From assembly GCA_964016885.1 (NCBI GenBank), contig OZ024756.1, positions 42,718,001-42,782,000 on the forward strand: a stretch of 64,000 nt of DNA, written 5' to 3'. Of the stretch, positions 11,631 through 24,245 are shown in pieces. The stretch comes from Eledone cirrhosa (lineage: Eukaryota). The position numbers were made by a program, and so were the translations under genes. Below the pieces are notes generated by a model, which made no database searches, was not told the origin of the DNA, and saw only the letters and a list, made by a program, of their open reading frames with translations. Each line of letters starts with the position of its first letter. The stretch's first letter is position 1.

Positions 11631-11704
11631 AAGGCGGGTAAAATTCCCGAGATCCATGGACGAGTTCTCTCCAGCGGTCTCTGTCCCTCATTATCGCTGC
11701 CATG
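11629..11704 (-). mobile_element. Tiny 3'-end fragment of the same RTE LINE in (TA)n
   Basis: Near-identical to 9607-9683. Confidence 0.8.
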
Positions 11705-11735
11705 TATACTTTCAGAGAGTCATGCTTCGAATAAA

Positions 11736-11844
<109 letters not shown>

Positions 11845-13011
11845 AGTGAGAGAGAGAGAGAGAGGGGGGAAGTGAGAGAGAGAATTATAGTATTATTCAA
11901 TTTCCGTTAGTGTAATCAATTAATTGTAGTCGACAGTAATGGTAGTGGTGTTGTAGTTGTTGTTATCGTTGGTAGTGGTGTGGTAGTCAACAGCAGTGGT
12001 GGTGGTAGTGGTGTTGCTGTCGTTGATAGTGTGGTAGTCAACAGTAATGGTGGTGGTGGTGGTGTTGTAGATTTTCTTGTTGTTGTTACCACTGTTGTTC
12101 TTTTTGTTCCTGTATGGGTTTTATCTCAATTGATGCTCAACCCTGTTGGAAAATAAGCAAAACAGTTGTCAGATATGTTGTCTCTACTGCCACACACTGT
12201 AATAAACAACCTTTAATTTAGTCTCTGTCCTATATATATATATATATATATGGGTATCTATGAAAGCATGGAAAAGCCGTCGTAAAAACGATGATGCTGA
12301 ATTCATGACTTTACTCAAATTCATGGTGCTAATAGTTTCATAGACTGAGCTGTTTTTTCACACACACCTTCTATGTATATTTAACATGTGGAGGTTATAA
12401 CACTTTCCTTTGGCTGAATAGCATCTGGATGTTAAAACACCTGCCAAGGGCTGGATATCACATGGATGTTAAGTGTTCAAAAGAGACGACTGTGCTGGTA
12501 TGGACATGTGATATGTATACTATTGGGTGAAAAAGTGCCAAGAAATCCCAGTTGAAGAAAGCTGCAGTAAAGGTAGACCAAGGACAAGCTAAGCAGAGGT
12601 GATGAGAGCTAATGACAATTGAAGAGAAAAATAAAACATACAGCAAGACATGTTTTTAAGGGAACAACTTAAAACAAGAAGTTAAAATTAACAAAATTGT
12701 TTAAGACTAGTGGTTTTAATTATATTTTCTTGTTTTAATGTTCTATATGATGTGGTAAGTGGTAACTAAATAATTGACATCAGGAAGGGCATCTGGATGT
12801 AAAACATTGTCACAAAACATCACATACAAACACTGATAGATGGAAAAGTGAACATAAAAACGATAATGTACTTATATTTCCTCTCTCTTCACAAAACTTC
12901 TAATTAAAAAACTGTAGTTATATTTATATTAAATTAATCTGAAATCATTACAGCTTGTTAGAGAAAAATATTTAAATCTGAAAGTTGTATATTACTAACC
13001 TGTTGACTCCT

Positions 13012-13112
13012 TTAACTGGTAAATAACAAAGAACTAAATAAAAAAAAGACAAGTACGTTAAATGCTATAACTCCAAGGTTGATACCAGCAATAGTTCCAC
13101 GACTTGATTCAC
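13012..13112 (-). CDS. Terminal coding exon, IgSF copy B: (S)ESSRGTIAGINLGVIAFNVLVFFLFSSLLFTS*, GPI-signal-like or tail anchor
   Basis: CAG acceptor at 13113-13115, phase 1. Small-residue cluster then a hydrophobic stretch ending at TAA 13012-13014. CAG|GTTAGT donor 12 nt after the stop. Confidence 0.75.
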
Positions 13113-13639
13113 CTGTTATCAAGATAGAAAACATGAGCAATAAGTTTGTTTCTAATATAGCCACATGATTTCAAATTTGGTGGGAGGGTTATAGTTGATT
13201 ATATGAACCCCAGTATTTCACTGGTACTTTATTTTATCAATCCCAGAAAGGTGAAAAACCAAGTTGTCCTCAACAGGATTTAAACTCAGAAAGTATAGAA
13301 GCAGGACAAATACCACAAAGCATTTTGTCCAACGTTCTAACAACAGTAATAATAATAATTTCTAACATTTTAAATAATTTTTTTATACAAGGCCAACAAT
13401 ATAGAGGAAGAGGAGAGTCTATTTTCAACTCCAATATTTAACTGGGACTTTATTTTATTAATCACAGCTTTGACACTAAGGACATTTCATCAGAATGTCT
13501 CAGGAAATAATCACTGAACAGATTTTATGGGGGCAAAACTAAACGGCAAGAGACCCAAGTGTAGACACCTAGCAAGATGTTTGGATAACATCCATGAGCT
13601 CAGCTGGTCTCACTTGGAGATCCAGCCAAATCAGTTGGA

Positions 13640-14090
13640 GATACAATGTGTCCTGGGTATTTTTTGTTGCGACACTTACATGACCAATTTACAGTGTGGA
13701 TTGGATACTTTTGGTCGTTGCTCCTACACGACCACTTTACAGTGTGTGCTGGAAGCTTTTTGTTGTGACACTTACATTACCACTATACAGTGTAAGCTGA
13801 GAGCTTTTGTTGGGACACCTACATGACCACTTTACAGTGTGGGCTGGGTGCCTTTTACTAGGCACCAAAACACTCAACTAACAGTTTGGACTGGGCGTGT
13901 TTTGTTGTGACACCTATACGACATCTTTACACTGTGGACCTGGTACCTTTTATTATGTGTCACACCCGAACATTTTATAGGGTGGACTTGGTATGATTCT
14001 TCGTGTCATCAACACTACCATTTTCCAGGGTGGACTGTTTGCTTTTTGTCATGTCACCAGCATGACCACATTACTGTGTGGTCTAGGTGC
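13640..14090. repeat. Degenerate 46-bp minisatellite (copy B homolog of 1-770)
   Basis: Recurring CCTACATGACCACTTTACAGTGTG. Confidence 0.8.
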
Positions 14091-14626
14091 TTGACTCGGT
14101 GATTTTTGTCAGGTCCAGCTTAGAGCATGTCCAGCTTTCCATGCTTGTATGAATGGGTTGGACAAGAGAGATGTATCAAATGTGTACAGTTGGGAGGGGA
14201 TGTGTACAGTTGTGTATATGTAAGATGGGGATTGGAGACGTGAGTCTAAGGTGAGACCTTAATTGTGGCAGTGATAATGAAGGTGGTAGAGTGGTTACAA
14301 TGATGATGATGAACATGGTTGTAGTGGCAGTCATAGATAGATTATAAAAGTATAAATCCAAACACAAACACAGCAGTACAGGAATATGTACACACTTAAT
14401 CAAATATATGAATAAGTATGTATTTCAAACATATACATATTCTCACATGGAAACATACAATCATGCATATATACACACATGCATGTATTGATAGAGGCAG
14501 ACATGTATTTAAAAATAGGGAATCCTTCTCATCTATACATACAGACACATGCAGATATAGTGATGCAGTGATATATATATATACACATACAGAAAGGTAA
14601 TACATAAAAGCAAATAATTTACTTAC

Positions 14627-14941
14627 TTTTATCTTTAATGTAGACTACAAAGTCAAGTTCCATTTTCAATACTGAACAGGTGATGGCTATATCGGGGTAG
14701 TCTTCAATTGTTACGTTGTAGTCAAACTGTGACTCTAATGAAACATAACAATTGTTAGTTTTTGGAACAAGCACAGATTTTTGACTGATTTCTGTTTCCT
14801 TACTTCCATGTATTACACTCCATTTAAACAGGACATGCTCTTCAGAATTGGGGACAAAATATAAATTACATCTGAAGGTAGATATCTGGTTAATTTTGTG
14901 GTTCTCAGTGTCAGACGTCAGATCTTTCATAAAAGATTTCA
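14627..14941 (-). CDS. C-type Ig-domain exon, IgSF copy B (315 bp, phase 1-1)
   Basis: TTTTCAG acceptor, GTAAGT donor, open frame; TFRC..FKW..ITC Ig pattern. Confidence 0.85.
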
Positions 14942-15039
14942 CTGAAAAGATAAAATGTAAATCTTAGTAAAATAAATAATGAAATGAAATCTTGGCTGCT
15001 TTCATTGATACAAACAACTAAAATGTTGAATGGGGAGGT

Positions 15040-16300
15040 TGCTTCTGATAGGACACTCTGGAAGGCATGTGTGAGGACTCTGCCCTAACAATACTCTCAT
15101 GTTGAGGAAGAGAAGCAGGGTAAATGCAATGAGGAACAACATCTATATGAAAATAACTACACACCCACTAATGACACTCAATCCAACAAAGGGGCCAACA
15201 AATTAAACCTAAGGGGATTCAGTAAGGGTAAACATACCACTAATGTCCTCTTCTTTGTGAGGGAAATGCAGGTAAAGTACCTAGCTAAACATAAGCCCCT
15301 CTACATGGCATTTGTTGACCTGAAGAAAGTATCTTACAAAGTTCTCTATTTCATAATCTGGTGGGCTGTTAGAAAAATAGGGGTAAGTTTCTTTTTCTAA
15401 CAGCCTTTTTCTTTGCCTAGTTGACTTTATGACCTTTTACTTCTAGAGCATGAATTTGTTCTCTATTTCTGCCATAATTTCAGCTAATGAGGATTAGATA
15501 ATCAGCATATAGGATTTCCCATGGGCAGCCAGTCTTACTATTCCGTTATAGCCTGCAAAATAATAATAAACAGGAGACGGCTATGAACAGACCCTTGAAG
15601 AACCCATATTTACACACTAAATTCCTCACTATAATAATTGTTAATACATGGCTTATACCACCCTCAAATAGAGAACAAATTCATGCTCTAGAAGTAAACG
15701 GTCATAAAGTCAAGTAGGCAAAGACTAACTTACTAGTAATTAGAAAGGAAAGACTAAATTTTTAGTAATTAGAAAGGAAAACAAGGTCCTGATAGCTTCA
15801 GGGAGTAGTCTTGCTTAATGTACAGGAGATGAATGAGTAGAAATTCTATCCTGTGTTCCAAATGATGACTATAGGTATACAAGTGATGTAATATGATCTC
15901 AGACAGCCTAGCAAAGATGTAGGTTTTATAAGTGGTTGATAAATAGGAGCAGTTAACAGTAAGGGCTCACGGACAACAAGCTCTATAGAGGACTCCATAG
16001 AAGTAGTTGATAGATTCTGTTACCTGTATGTGTTTGATGACTGTGTAATAGTAGTGTGCATGCAGGGCAAAGCTGTGAGAAAGACTGGGTATATAGGGTG
16101 CAGGTACAGTGTAGAGGAGAGGAGATTGCAGTGGTATGGACAAGTAAAGTTCATAGTGGCTGACAGCTGCGAAAAATGTGCAGGGTACTCAAAGTTGATG
16201 GCAGTTATGGAAGAGGAAATCTTGGGATGAAGTGATAAAAGCTAACCTTGCACATTTATAACTCTGAAAGGAAATGAAACAGGATCAACATCTCTGATGT
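15040..16300 (+). mobile_element. Degenerate RTE-type LINE RT fragment containing an internal inversion (15400-15665)
   Basis: KYLAKHKPLYMAFVDLKK-type RT motif and RRLQWYG C-terminal motif. Homologous to 28590-30040. Confidence 0.75.
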
Positions 16301-16334
16301 TTTGTTATATAGCAAAAGACCTACCTTCTAATTA

Positions 16335-16700
16335 CACACACACACTAGAGACAGACATTGGACACACAGTAGACAGACATTGAACACACACTAGAGACAG
16401 ACATTGGACACACAGTAGACAGACATTGAACACACACTAGAGACAGACATTGGACACACAGTAGACAGACATTGAACACACACTAGAGACAAACATTGGA
16501 CACACACCAGAGACAGACATTGGACACACACTAGAGACAGACATTGGACACACACTAGAGACAGACATTGGACACACACACTAGAGAGAAACATAACACT
16601 GACACAAAGACTCATACACACACTATAGAGAAACATTACATTACACACACACACTAGAGAGAGATATTACACATACACTGGAGAGAGACGTTACATACAA
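16335..16700. repeat. Short array (~10 good units plus degenerate tail) of the 24-bp CTAGAGACAGACATTGGACACACA minisatellite
   Basis: Same unit and same left flank (GACCTACCTT..AATTACACAC) as the 30061 array. Confidence 0.95.
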
Positions 16701-16860
16701 ACAATCATACATACACATACACATACACACAGATACATACATGTGCACACATATATATATATATAATATAGATAACATTAAAAAACAATAATAAGTATTT
16801 CTAACTGAAATGAAACAACAACAAAAGTGATGACTAATGAGAAAATGGAATAAAACTTAC

Positions 16861-17187
16861 TTTTTACAGACTTTGGTGGGGATTTACTCATATTTGTGGC
16901 ACATTGAAAATATGTTGCATCTTCGCAATTAGGGTTATTTTTCCAACACTGATACTCTCCATTCCATCCGTTAACTGCTGGTATTTTACAGCCAAAACCA
17001 GGTTTAGCTAGTCCTTTCTGAAATACTTTTGTATCTTTGTCGTAATCCAATATTAAAACCTCAGTTTCATTTCGTAGGATTTTCAAGACAATTACAAAAT
17101 TTAAGTCACCAATTACCTTACATGTTATCAATATTCTAGCTGATGATCCAACTTCAAATTCAGGTGTTATAGATTGGATATATACAT
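16861..17187 (-). CDS. V-like Ig-domain exon, IgSF copy B (327 bp, phase 1-1)
   Basis: TATACAG acceptor, GTAAGT donor, open frame DVYIQSIT..ILITCKV..NCEDATYFQC. B-strand Cys and D-x-x-x-F-x-C F-strand motif present. Confidence 0.85.
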
Positions 17188-17289
17188 CTGTATATAAAAT
17201 ATGGAAGAGGAGAAAATGATTAGACAAAGATTTATTAAAAAAATAACATATATAATGGCAAGTAGAGAAAAACTAAGACAGAGAAGAAA

Positions 17290-17450
17290 ATAATAATAGA
17301 AAGAGAAGAGGAGGAAGAAAAAGAAAAAGAAAAAGAAAAAGAAAAAGAAAAAGAAAAAGAAAAAGAAAAAGAAAAAGAAAAAGAAAAAGAAAAAGAAAAA
17401 AGAAGAAGAAGAAGAAGAAGAAGAAGAAGAAGAAGAAGAAGAAGAAGAAA
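17290..17450. repeat. (GAAAAA)n + (GAA)n homopurine tract
   Basis: Direct inspection. Confidence 0.95.
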
Positions 17451-17629
17451 CATGTAGACTGATGGAGAGAAACATGGAGAATGTGACAGTAAAATGTGTA
17501 TCTTCTTTGTTAGATTGGTTGCCCCATTAGAGGTAAGTCGGGTCAGATGACCATGCCTTGCATATATAGAACTATTTCTGGCTTGGTTTCTACAACTGGA
17601 TGCCCTTCCTAATGCCCACCATATTTGTA

Positions 17630-17812
17630 GTGTGGTGGGTACTTTTGGTTGTGACTCCTACATGACCACTTTACAGTGTGGTGGGTACTTTTGGTTGTGA
17701 CTCCTACATGACCACTTTACAGTGTGTACTTGAAGAGTTTTGTTGTGACACCTACACAACCACTTTACAGTGTTGGCTGGGTGTTTTTTGTTGTGACACC
17801 TACATGACCACT
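17630..17812. repeat. 46-bp minisatellite, ~4 units, in the leader-V intron
   Basis: Same unit as 1-770. Confidence 0.9.
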
Positions 17813-18282
17813 GTAGTTATATATACAAGGTTGACTGGTAACTCTGAAGATATGTGCTAACATTTATTGCATTTATAGAAAATGTTTAATGTTTTATGTT
17901 GGCAATTGAAGATTCAATTATGCTAGGAATTTTGTAGATCCTTTCCAGTTATGACTTTTAGCATTAACACCAAACATCCTGCAAACATTAATATATGCTG
18001 TATGATACCTACATTACACATATAAATTGAACATAGCCGATATACGAATGTTCCTGTCGTACACACCCAACCATTATGGAACACATATTGCATTACAATT
18101 TAGGAAATAAGAACACCAATAGATAAAAATCAAGCTAATACAACCATGTACACTTTCATATATTTTACATACACACATCTAATGGTAACAAGAGCGAATG
18201 TATAAAAATACATGATTCGGTCCCTTAAAACCTCAACACTTACATCTAATGTAAAACTGATACACATATATATATATTTATG

Positions 18283-18346
<64 letters not shown>

Positions 18347-18543
18347 CCAAAATCAGTTCTGTGAGAGCAAAACACGATCCTCCAACCTGGCTGTCTCACA
18401 ACAGGATAGCACGTCCTACCCATGCTAGAGTGGAATATGGACGTTAAACAATGATAATGATGAGGATGATGGATGGAGCTTATATGGTCCAACAAGAGTG
18501 CTAAACATCGCTCCTTGTTTGGTCAAACACACACACACACACA

Positions 18544-18616
<73 letters not shown>

Positions 18617-18624
18617 ATATATAT

Positions 18625-18680
<56 letters not shown>

Positions 18681-19702
18681 GGATAGATAGTTAGACATAC
18701 ATTTATGTTTCGTGTTTCAACAATGAAGAACTTGTCATTCTGTTTAATTAACCATGATATAATATTTTGTAGGAAAAACTCTCTACATTATGCAGGATGA
18801 ATTGTCACAACAATAACTGATATCGTGGGCCATCTCCGAATCAAATATTTTCTCTATTCTCTGTTTGCCGTACTTTCTTTATTGATTAACAAATTATGCA
18901 ATCTGAACCTGATGATGTCGCCAGTGTCCTACGTAACCTGGCCATTGAAATATATATAGTATTTTTTTTTTTTTTTGCAACAATAAAACTCTAAAGGGAT
19001 ATCACCAGCCCAGCCTCCTGTAGCTTTAATCAAATTAATATATAGAGACAGTTGTAGTTTGCTTGAAGGATTGTTGAATAGGAAATGTAAACTGAAATAA
19101 GTTTGAAAGCCTTACAATGCATTGAAAATTAAAGGTGCCAAGATAGCGATAGTATTTTACCATAGCAAATTTAATTATACTAAATATTTTCGGGCTTAAA
19201 AACCCATTATCAAGGGAGGATCCGTATGAAGGTCTTCAAAGATCAGTCGGAGTTGAGCTGCTGTTTGGCTGGCAGATTTAATTTAAATGTAAGGAAAAGA
19301 CGTTAAAAGTTCGAGTGTGCACGTTGTGAAATATGTGTGATAAAAAGTGTTTGATATATGCATGTGTGTGCGTGAATCTAAGTGTGTATGCTTAACGAGG
19401 ACGTAGATTTAATTTAAAAGAATGAATCACATTATTTTGTGTCTCTTCTTTATTCTGCCCTACACCATCTGTTTTGTGAGTTGTGGCACATATATATATA
19501 TTTGTACATTCATATGTACATGCATGTGCACATTTATATTTACATGCACAAAAAACTTCTTTTAACAACCTTAAACTTTTAACATCATTTCCCACTGGAT
19601 TTTCTCTCTAGAGTTACGTTGAGTCATAACAAGTAGTGTAGAATGATGTAATAATGTAGATTTCATAGTCTGACTACGTAATGCATTGATCTCTCACGGG
19701 TA

Positions 19703-19868
19703 GAGTCGGATTTACCATTGTGCTTAGGTGTGCTTAAGCACGGGGCCCTGTTGGCCAGTGGGACCTTTCTTGCCTATGTAGGCCTACCGAGCCTACCTCT
19801 TTAAGGACCTAAGTAAGGGGCGTAATAACTTAACTAGCACAGGGCCACATTTGTCTTAAATCTGGTAT
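19703..19868. mobile_element. Degenerate hAT-like MITE
   Basis: Ends GTCGGATTTA..TAAATCTGGT form an imperfect inverted repeat; internal GCACGGGGCCC/GCACAGGGCC motifs. Confidence 0.4.
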
Positions 19869-20215
19869 GCGAAGTCTAAACGGCGATATAATCAAGCAAG
19901 TTGACGACTTCAAATACCTGGGTAGCTATATCGCCTCCACAGAATATGATGTTAACATCAGACTAGGAAAAGCCTGGGGAGCATTGAATGCAATGGAAAA
20001 GATATGGAAATCAAACCTGCCGGCCAAACTGAAAAGGAATTCCTTCAGAGCTGCTGTGGAGTCTGTGCTTGTTTATGGCTCTATCGTTTGGACGCTAACG
20101 TCGAAACTGGAGAAAAAGCTAGACGGGGCATACACACGTATGCTCCGCGCTGCTTTAAAAGTGTCTTGGATGGAACACCCAACAAATAAGGATCTCTATA
20201 AGGATCACCTATCAG
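19867..20215 (+). mobile_element. RTE-clade LINE RT C-terminal fragment
   Basis: [45 protein letters not shown]. Confidence 0.88.
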
Positions 20216-20551
20216 CAGGTCAAATCTGGCACCAACAAGTATTAGTACACAAATTTAAAAGACTAACAACTTAGGAAAAAAAACAGAAATAGAGGCTTGC
20301 ACTGTTACTGTAGAGATTGAACCACATATGTTTAGCTGATAAGGCATAAATTGAGGAGAGAGGGAGAGAATGTAGGGAGACAGGGAGAAGGGGAAAACAG
20401 AGAGAGTGTGTCTAGGAGAGAAAGAGGGTGAGAATACTGGGGCATTTCTGAATGGGGCGAGGGGTAAAGTTGGTCAATTTAGTTGTAGTGATTAGTTTAG
20501 CTGTTATCTAACTGATCTGATATTTTTGTACATCCCCGCCCAAACCTATGA

Positions 20552-21314
20552 AGATTTCTAGGTGTTTCCACGAGGGAATAACCTAGATATAACTGTCCAT
20601 GGGTAAAATACGATTCTCTTGTATTCAATTCTACAACTTTGAAACTGAGTCTGAGCTTTATGTACGTTCATAGCAAAACTCTCTGACAGGGAACTGAAGT
20701 GTTGAGAATTGCAGCTCGGCAGAGGAAGAGATAAGAGAAATCTTGGGAATAAATGCATTTTCTCCTTGATGATTGCCTCCAAGAATGGTGACCTCTAGGA
20801 GATGGTTCGTCATCCCCTAGCTGTAAAACGTGTGCCATTGCTTAGAAGTAGCAGGTCCACATTTCTCAAAAGGATGAGGAAGTTCCAATATTTTATATTA
20901 TATGTAGATATAGCTATATAGATATAGATAATTGTATATAAATATGTGTGTGAGTAAACCAACGTCCGAATCGTGTGTCTAATTCTGTATATCTGATTAA
21001 GTATTTACGTAAAGATTTGTGTCTATGTAACTTACTAATGCGTAACGTACATAACGAGCGAGCAAACACACATACACTCACAGACACACACTCATATACA
21101 ACATGTGACATCGTCGTCGTGTTATAAAATATCCGTTTATTCATAGTAGATTATTTTAGATAAAGTGTTATATTGTTTTAATCTAAATAAAAATAAAAAT
21201 TATATCTTGTTAATCCCGGGGTCTAATACTATGTAAAATTTGATTTGATTTGGTCAAGCCGTTTGGGATTGCATAAGGAAAAGACAGACAGACAAAGAAT
21301 TTTATATATATAGA
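20552..21314 (-). mobile_element. Helitron helicase remnant (copy B homolog of 6360-7119)
   Basis: Near-identical to 6360-7119. Confidence 0.75.
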
Positions 21315-21710
21315 TATAAATTAATTATCAAAAAGATTATTAGATTTTTAAATGGCTTTGTTACTTTGGGACCACGCTGTATATTGGAAATTGGAAATTT
21401 TCAAACTTTTTAAAAGTTTCTTTCGTTCTGTGTGATCTGTAGAATTGACGTGACTTATTAGCGTCTAAGGAAATCTGGGGGAGAAAACCCCTACAGAAAA
21501 ATCCAGAGAGTCAGAAAAAAGGACAATCAGGCAGATATGTACTGTGATAGTTGACTAATATCTGACATCCCTTGGGACCGGGGGTGTAACTAGGTAAAAT
21601 AGCATTTATGGCATGCAACGAAATTCTGCCAAAACAACTGACACCCATCTTTCTTTTAGATAACCATAAAATCAGCTCAAAAATACCAATCACGCCGCCG
21701 TGCACAAACT

Positions 21711-21769
<59 letters not shown>

Positions 21770-21789
21770 CTATATATATATATGTATAA

Positions 21790-22390
21790 TTGCTTCTACT
21801 TTTGGCACAAGGCCAGCAATTATCCCAGTGTATTACTGGTACTTTATTTTATCGACCCCGTAAGGATGAAAGGCAAAGTTAACCTCGGCGGGATTTGAAC
21901 TCAGTCCGTAAAGGGACGTAACTGTGCTAATGGTTTCTAATTGGATATAGAGTGTATAAGAGAAGACTGTGTTGGTATGAACATGTGATATCTATGGAAG
22001 GTAACAACAGAGAATCTCCTGGAAGAGGTAGATCTAAGGAAACATGGCAGGAAGTAGTGAAGACTGACCTTCAAAAGCCACGACTGAAGGGAGTAGCCAT
22101 ATGCTGTACTGAAGACCTTCCTAATACTTTTTAATGAGCAGAAGAGGTGTAGCCATTATCTTCCGACTGAAGACTTGTCACAAACACATACAAACTGACT
22201 GACATTTATAACACACTACATTCTTAAATTCAAGCGTCAGACATCATGCTTTGCAACATAGAGTTATGACCCTTTATGTTCAAATACCGCCGAGCTTGGC
22301 TTTGCCTTTCATCCTTACGGGGTCGATAAAATAAGGTACCAGTAATGCACTGGGATAATTGCTGGCCTTGTGCCAAAAGTAAAAGCAATT
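21790..22390. mobile_element. Inverted pair of tRNA-SINE copies (21790-21925 minus, 22235-22390 plus)
   Basis: SINE core in opposite orientations; homologous to the 7580/8180 pair. Confidence 0.75.
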
Positions 22391-22614
22391 ATTACTATTG
22401 ATCTCAAACAGGTATTAATATACAAAGTTAGAAGACTAACAAGGGACGGAACTGTAACTGATGAAAGCTGAACCATGTATATTTGGCTGGTAGGGCTAAT
22501 GTCTTACCTGGGCATATATTGAGGGGGGAGGGATGAGGGGGGAGAGAGAGGTAGAGATGAGGGGGAGAGAGGAAGAAAGGAAAATAAAAGGGGGAAACAG
22601 AGTAATAATCGTTT

Positions 22615-22825
22615 CTGATTAAGGAACAAAGCCAGCAATTTTAGGGGTGAGGAAAATTTAATTAAATCGACCACAGGGCGTGACTGATACTTTATTTTAT
22701 CGACCCTGTAAGGAGGAAAGGCAAAGCTAACCACGGCTGGATTTGAACTGAGAATGTAAAGGGTTATAACTCTATGTCGCGAAGTAGGGTGCCCGTCACT
22801 CTACCGATTACTGCTACTCCACTAC
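22615..22825 (-). mobile_element. tRNA-derived SINE (copy-B-specific insertion)
   Basis: SINE core and head; absent at the copy A homologous site (~8500). Confidence 0.75.
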
Positions 22826-22855
22826 CTGCGTGTAAGAGAGGAGGAAAGTGTATAT

Positions 22856-22915
<60 letters not shown>

Positions 22916-22978
22916 GAGTGTGTAAAAGACAGAGAGAGCAACATGGGGAAAATTAAATTGTCTTTTGTCTTAACTTAC

Positions 22979-23099
22979 CGCCTGAAGTGGAACGAGCCAT
23001 CATCATCATCACCATAACTATTACCATAGTCCTCAACAGGTTGGGCAGAAATAAGCGCCGACTGCCCCCATCAACAGTTGTAATATAACAGCAAGACAT
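22979..23099 (-). CDS. Signal-peptide (leader) exon, IgSF copy B
   Basis: ATG at 23099, phase-1 G|GTAAGT donor. Splices in frame to the V exon giving TSG|DVYIQ. Confidence 0.8.
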
Positions 23100-23268
23100 A
23101 CTTTGATCCACGTAAAATATGAATTGTAACAGAAATAAAAAAAATATTTTACAATAGATTTTCTTGTCTAATTAATGTCTGTGGTGTAATAAAATTAATT
23201 AAAAGAAATGTACAAATTATAAGGTAATTAAACAGGTTAATCTAAACATAAATATTGTGTATATGTGA

Positions 23269-23304
<36 letters not shown>

Positions 23305-23388
23305 TGTGTGTGTGTGTGTGTGTGCAAAAAGTAAACAGAAGTAACATCACAATCGGTACAGTATATGGAAGGTATATATTAGGTTAAC

Positions 23389-24245
23389 GATTGAAATAGC
23401 AGGAAGAGGGTCTTAACGTTTCGGATGCTAGTCCTTCATCAGAAGAAAGAAAGACAAATAAGATAGATTGAAGGGACGGGCGGGTTGGAATTGAAAAAAT
23501 GTCTTTACATAAAAATAATAGGTCCATTCATGTTGACATCCCTTCGAAAATTGTTGATACTGGCGTTTTGTGTATGATTTAATTTTTTAGAAAAGTGGAT
23601 GATGGAGCGCGTCTACCTGAAATGAAAAAACAACCGTTTTGGAGAAAGAGCTATACTTGTGCGCGTGCGTATGCATGTGTGTTCGTACGAAGCTAAGAGG
23701 AAATGTGTGTGTATATGTAAGTAAAAGTGTGTGTGTGTGCTTGTAAGTGCGAAGCTATCAGTAAAACTATGTTAATATAAGGGCGGTGGATTGGCAGTAT
23801 CGGTAGAGAGTCTGACACCATGCTTTGAAGCATAGAGTTACGTCCCTTTATGATCTGATTTCAAATTCCGCCGAGGTTAACTTTGCCTTTCATCCTTACG
23901 GGGTCGATAAAATAAAGTACCAGTAATGTACTGCGTAATTGCTGGCCTTGTGCCAAAAGTAAAAGCAAATATAAGAGCGTGTATGTGAAGGGAAAAGTGG
24001 AGTTTGCATATTTTGTCGGTCTGTATTAGTTGTCAGAGAATATGTTTCTGCACATAAGAGAGCCATAGGAATCTAGGGGTGAGTGTACAAGCCCGTGTGA
24101 TAATGGACGGGGTATTAAAGAAATTGGGGACGTGAGTTGAGTCCATGAGGGAAATAGAACCCAAGGCGGTGAATCAGATAGAATTGTGTGGTTTGTTAAA
24201 TCGTGACGTTCTTTCTTGCAAATATCGAAAAATGCATAATATGAG
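23389..24245 (-). mobile_element. Penelope-like (Neptune-like) element 3' end with nested SINE (23782-23968, +)
   Basis: Insertion relative to copy A (~9960). Minus-strand remnant YLIHRLGFYFPHGLN resembles the GIY-YIG C-terminal I..L....P.GLN motif. Hammerhead motif at its 3' end. Confidence 0.7.
23411..23446 (-). ncRNA. Minimal type I hammerhead ribozyme
   Basis: UCUU-CUGAUGA-A-GGA(CUAGCA)UCC-GAAAC-GUU-AAGA: core boxes, stem II, palindromic ACGU stem III, 4-bp stem I. Confidence 0.7.

Noticed and set aside
16778-17227. ORF-track protein with apparent N- and C-terminal hydrophobic ends as a single-exon gene
   Set aside because: Both ends are intron read-through beyond clear splice sites at 17188 and 16860. 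Intron retention cannot be excluded but has no support.
18150-18260. Alternative leader (MYFYTFALVTIRC..) or 13-nt micro-exon, homolog 1780-1860
   Set aside because: No strong phase-1 donor for the leader reading, and the micro-exon would shift the frame. The 22979-23099 exon fits much better.
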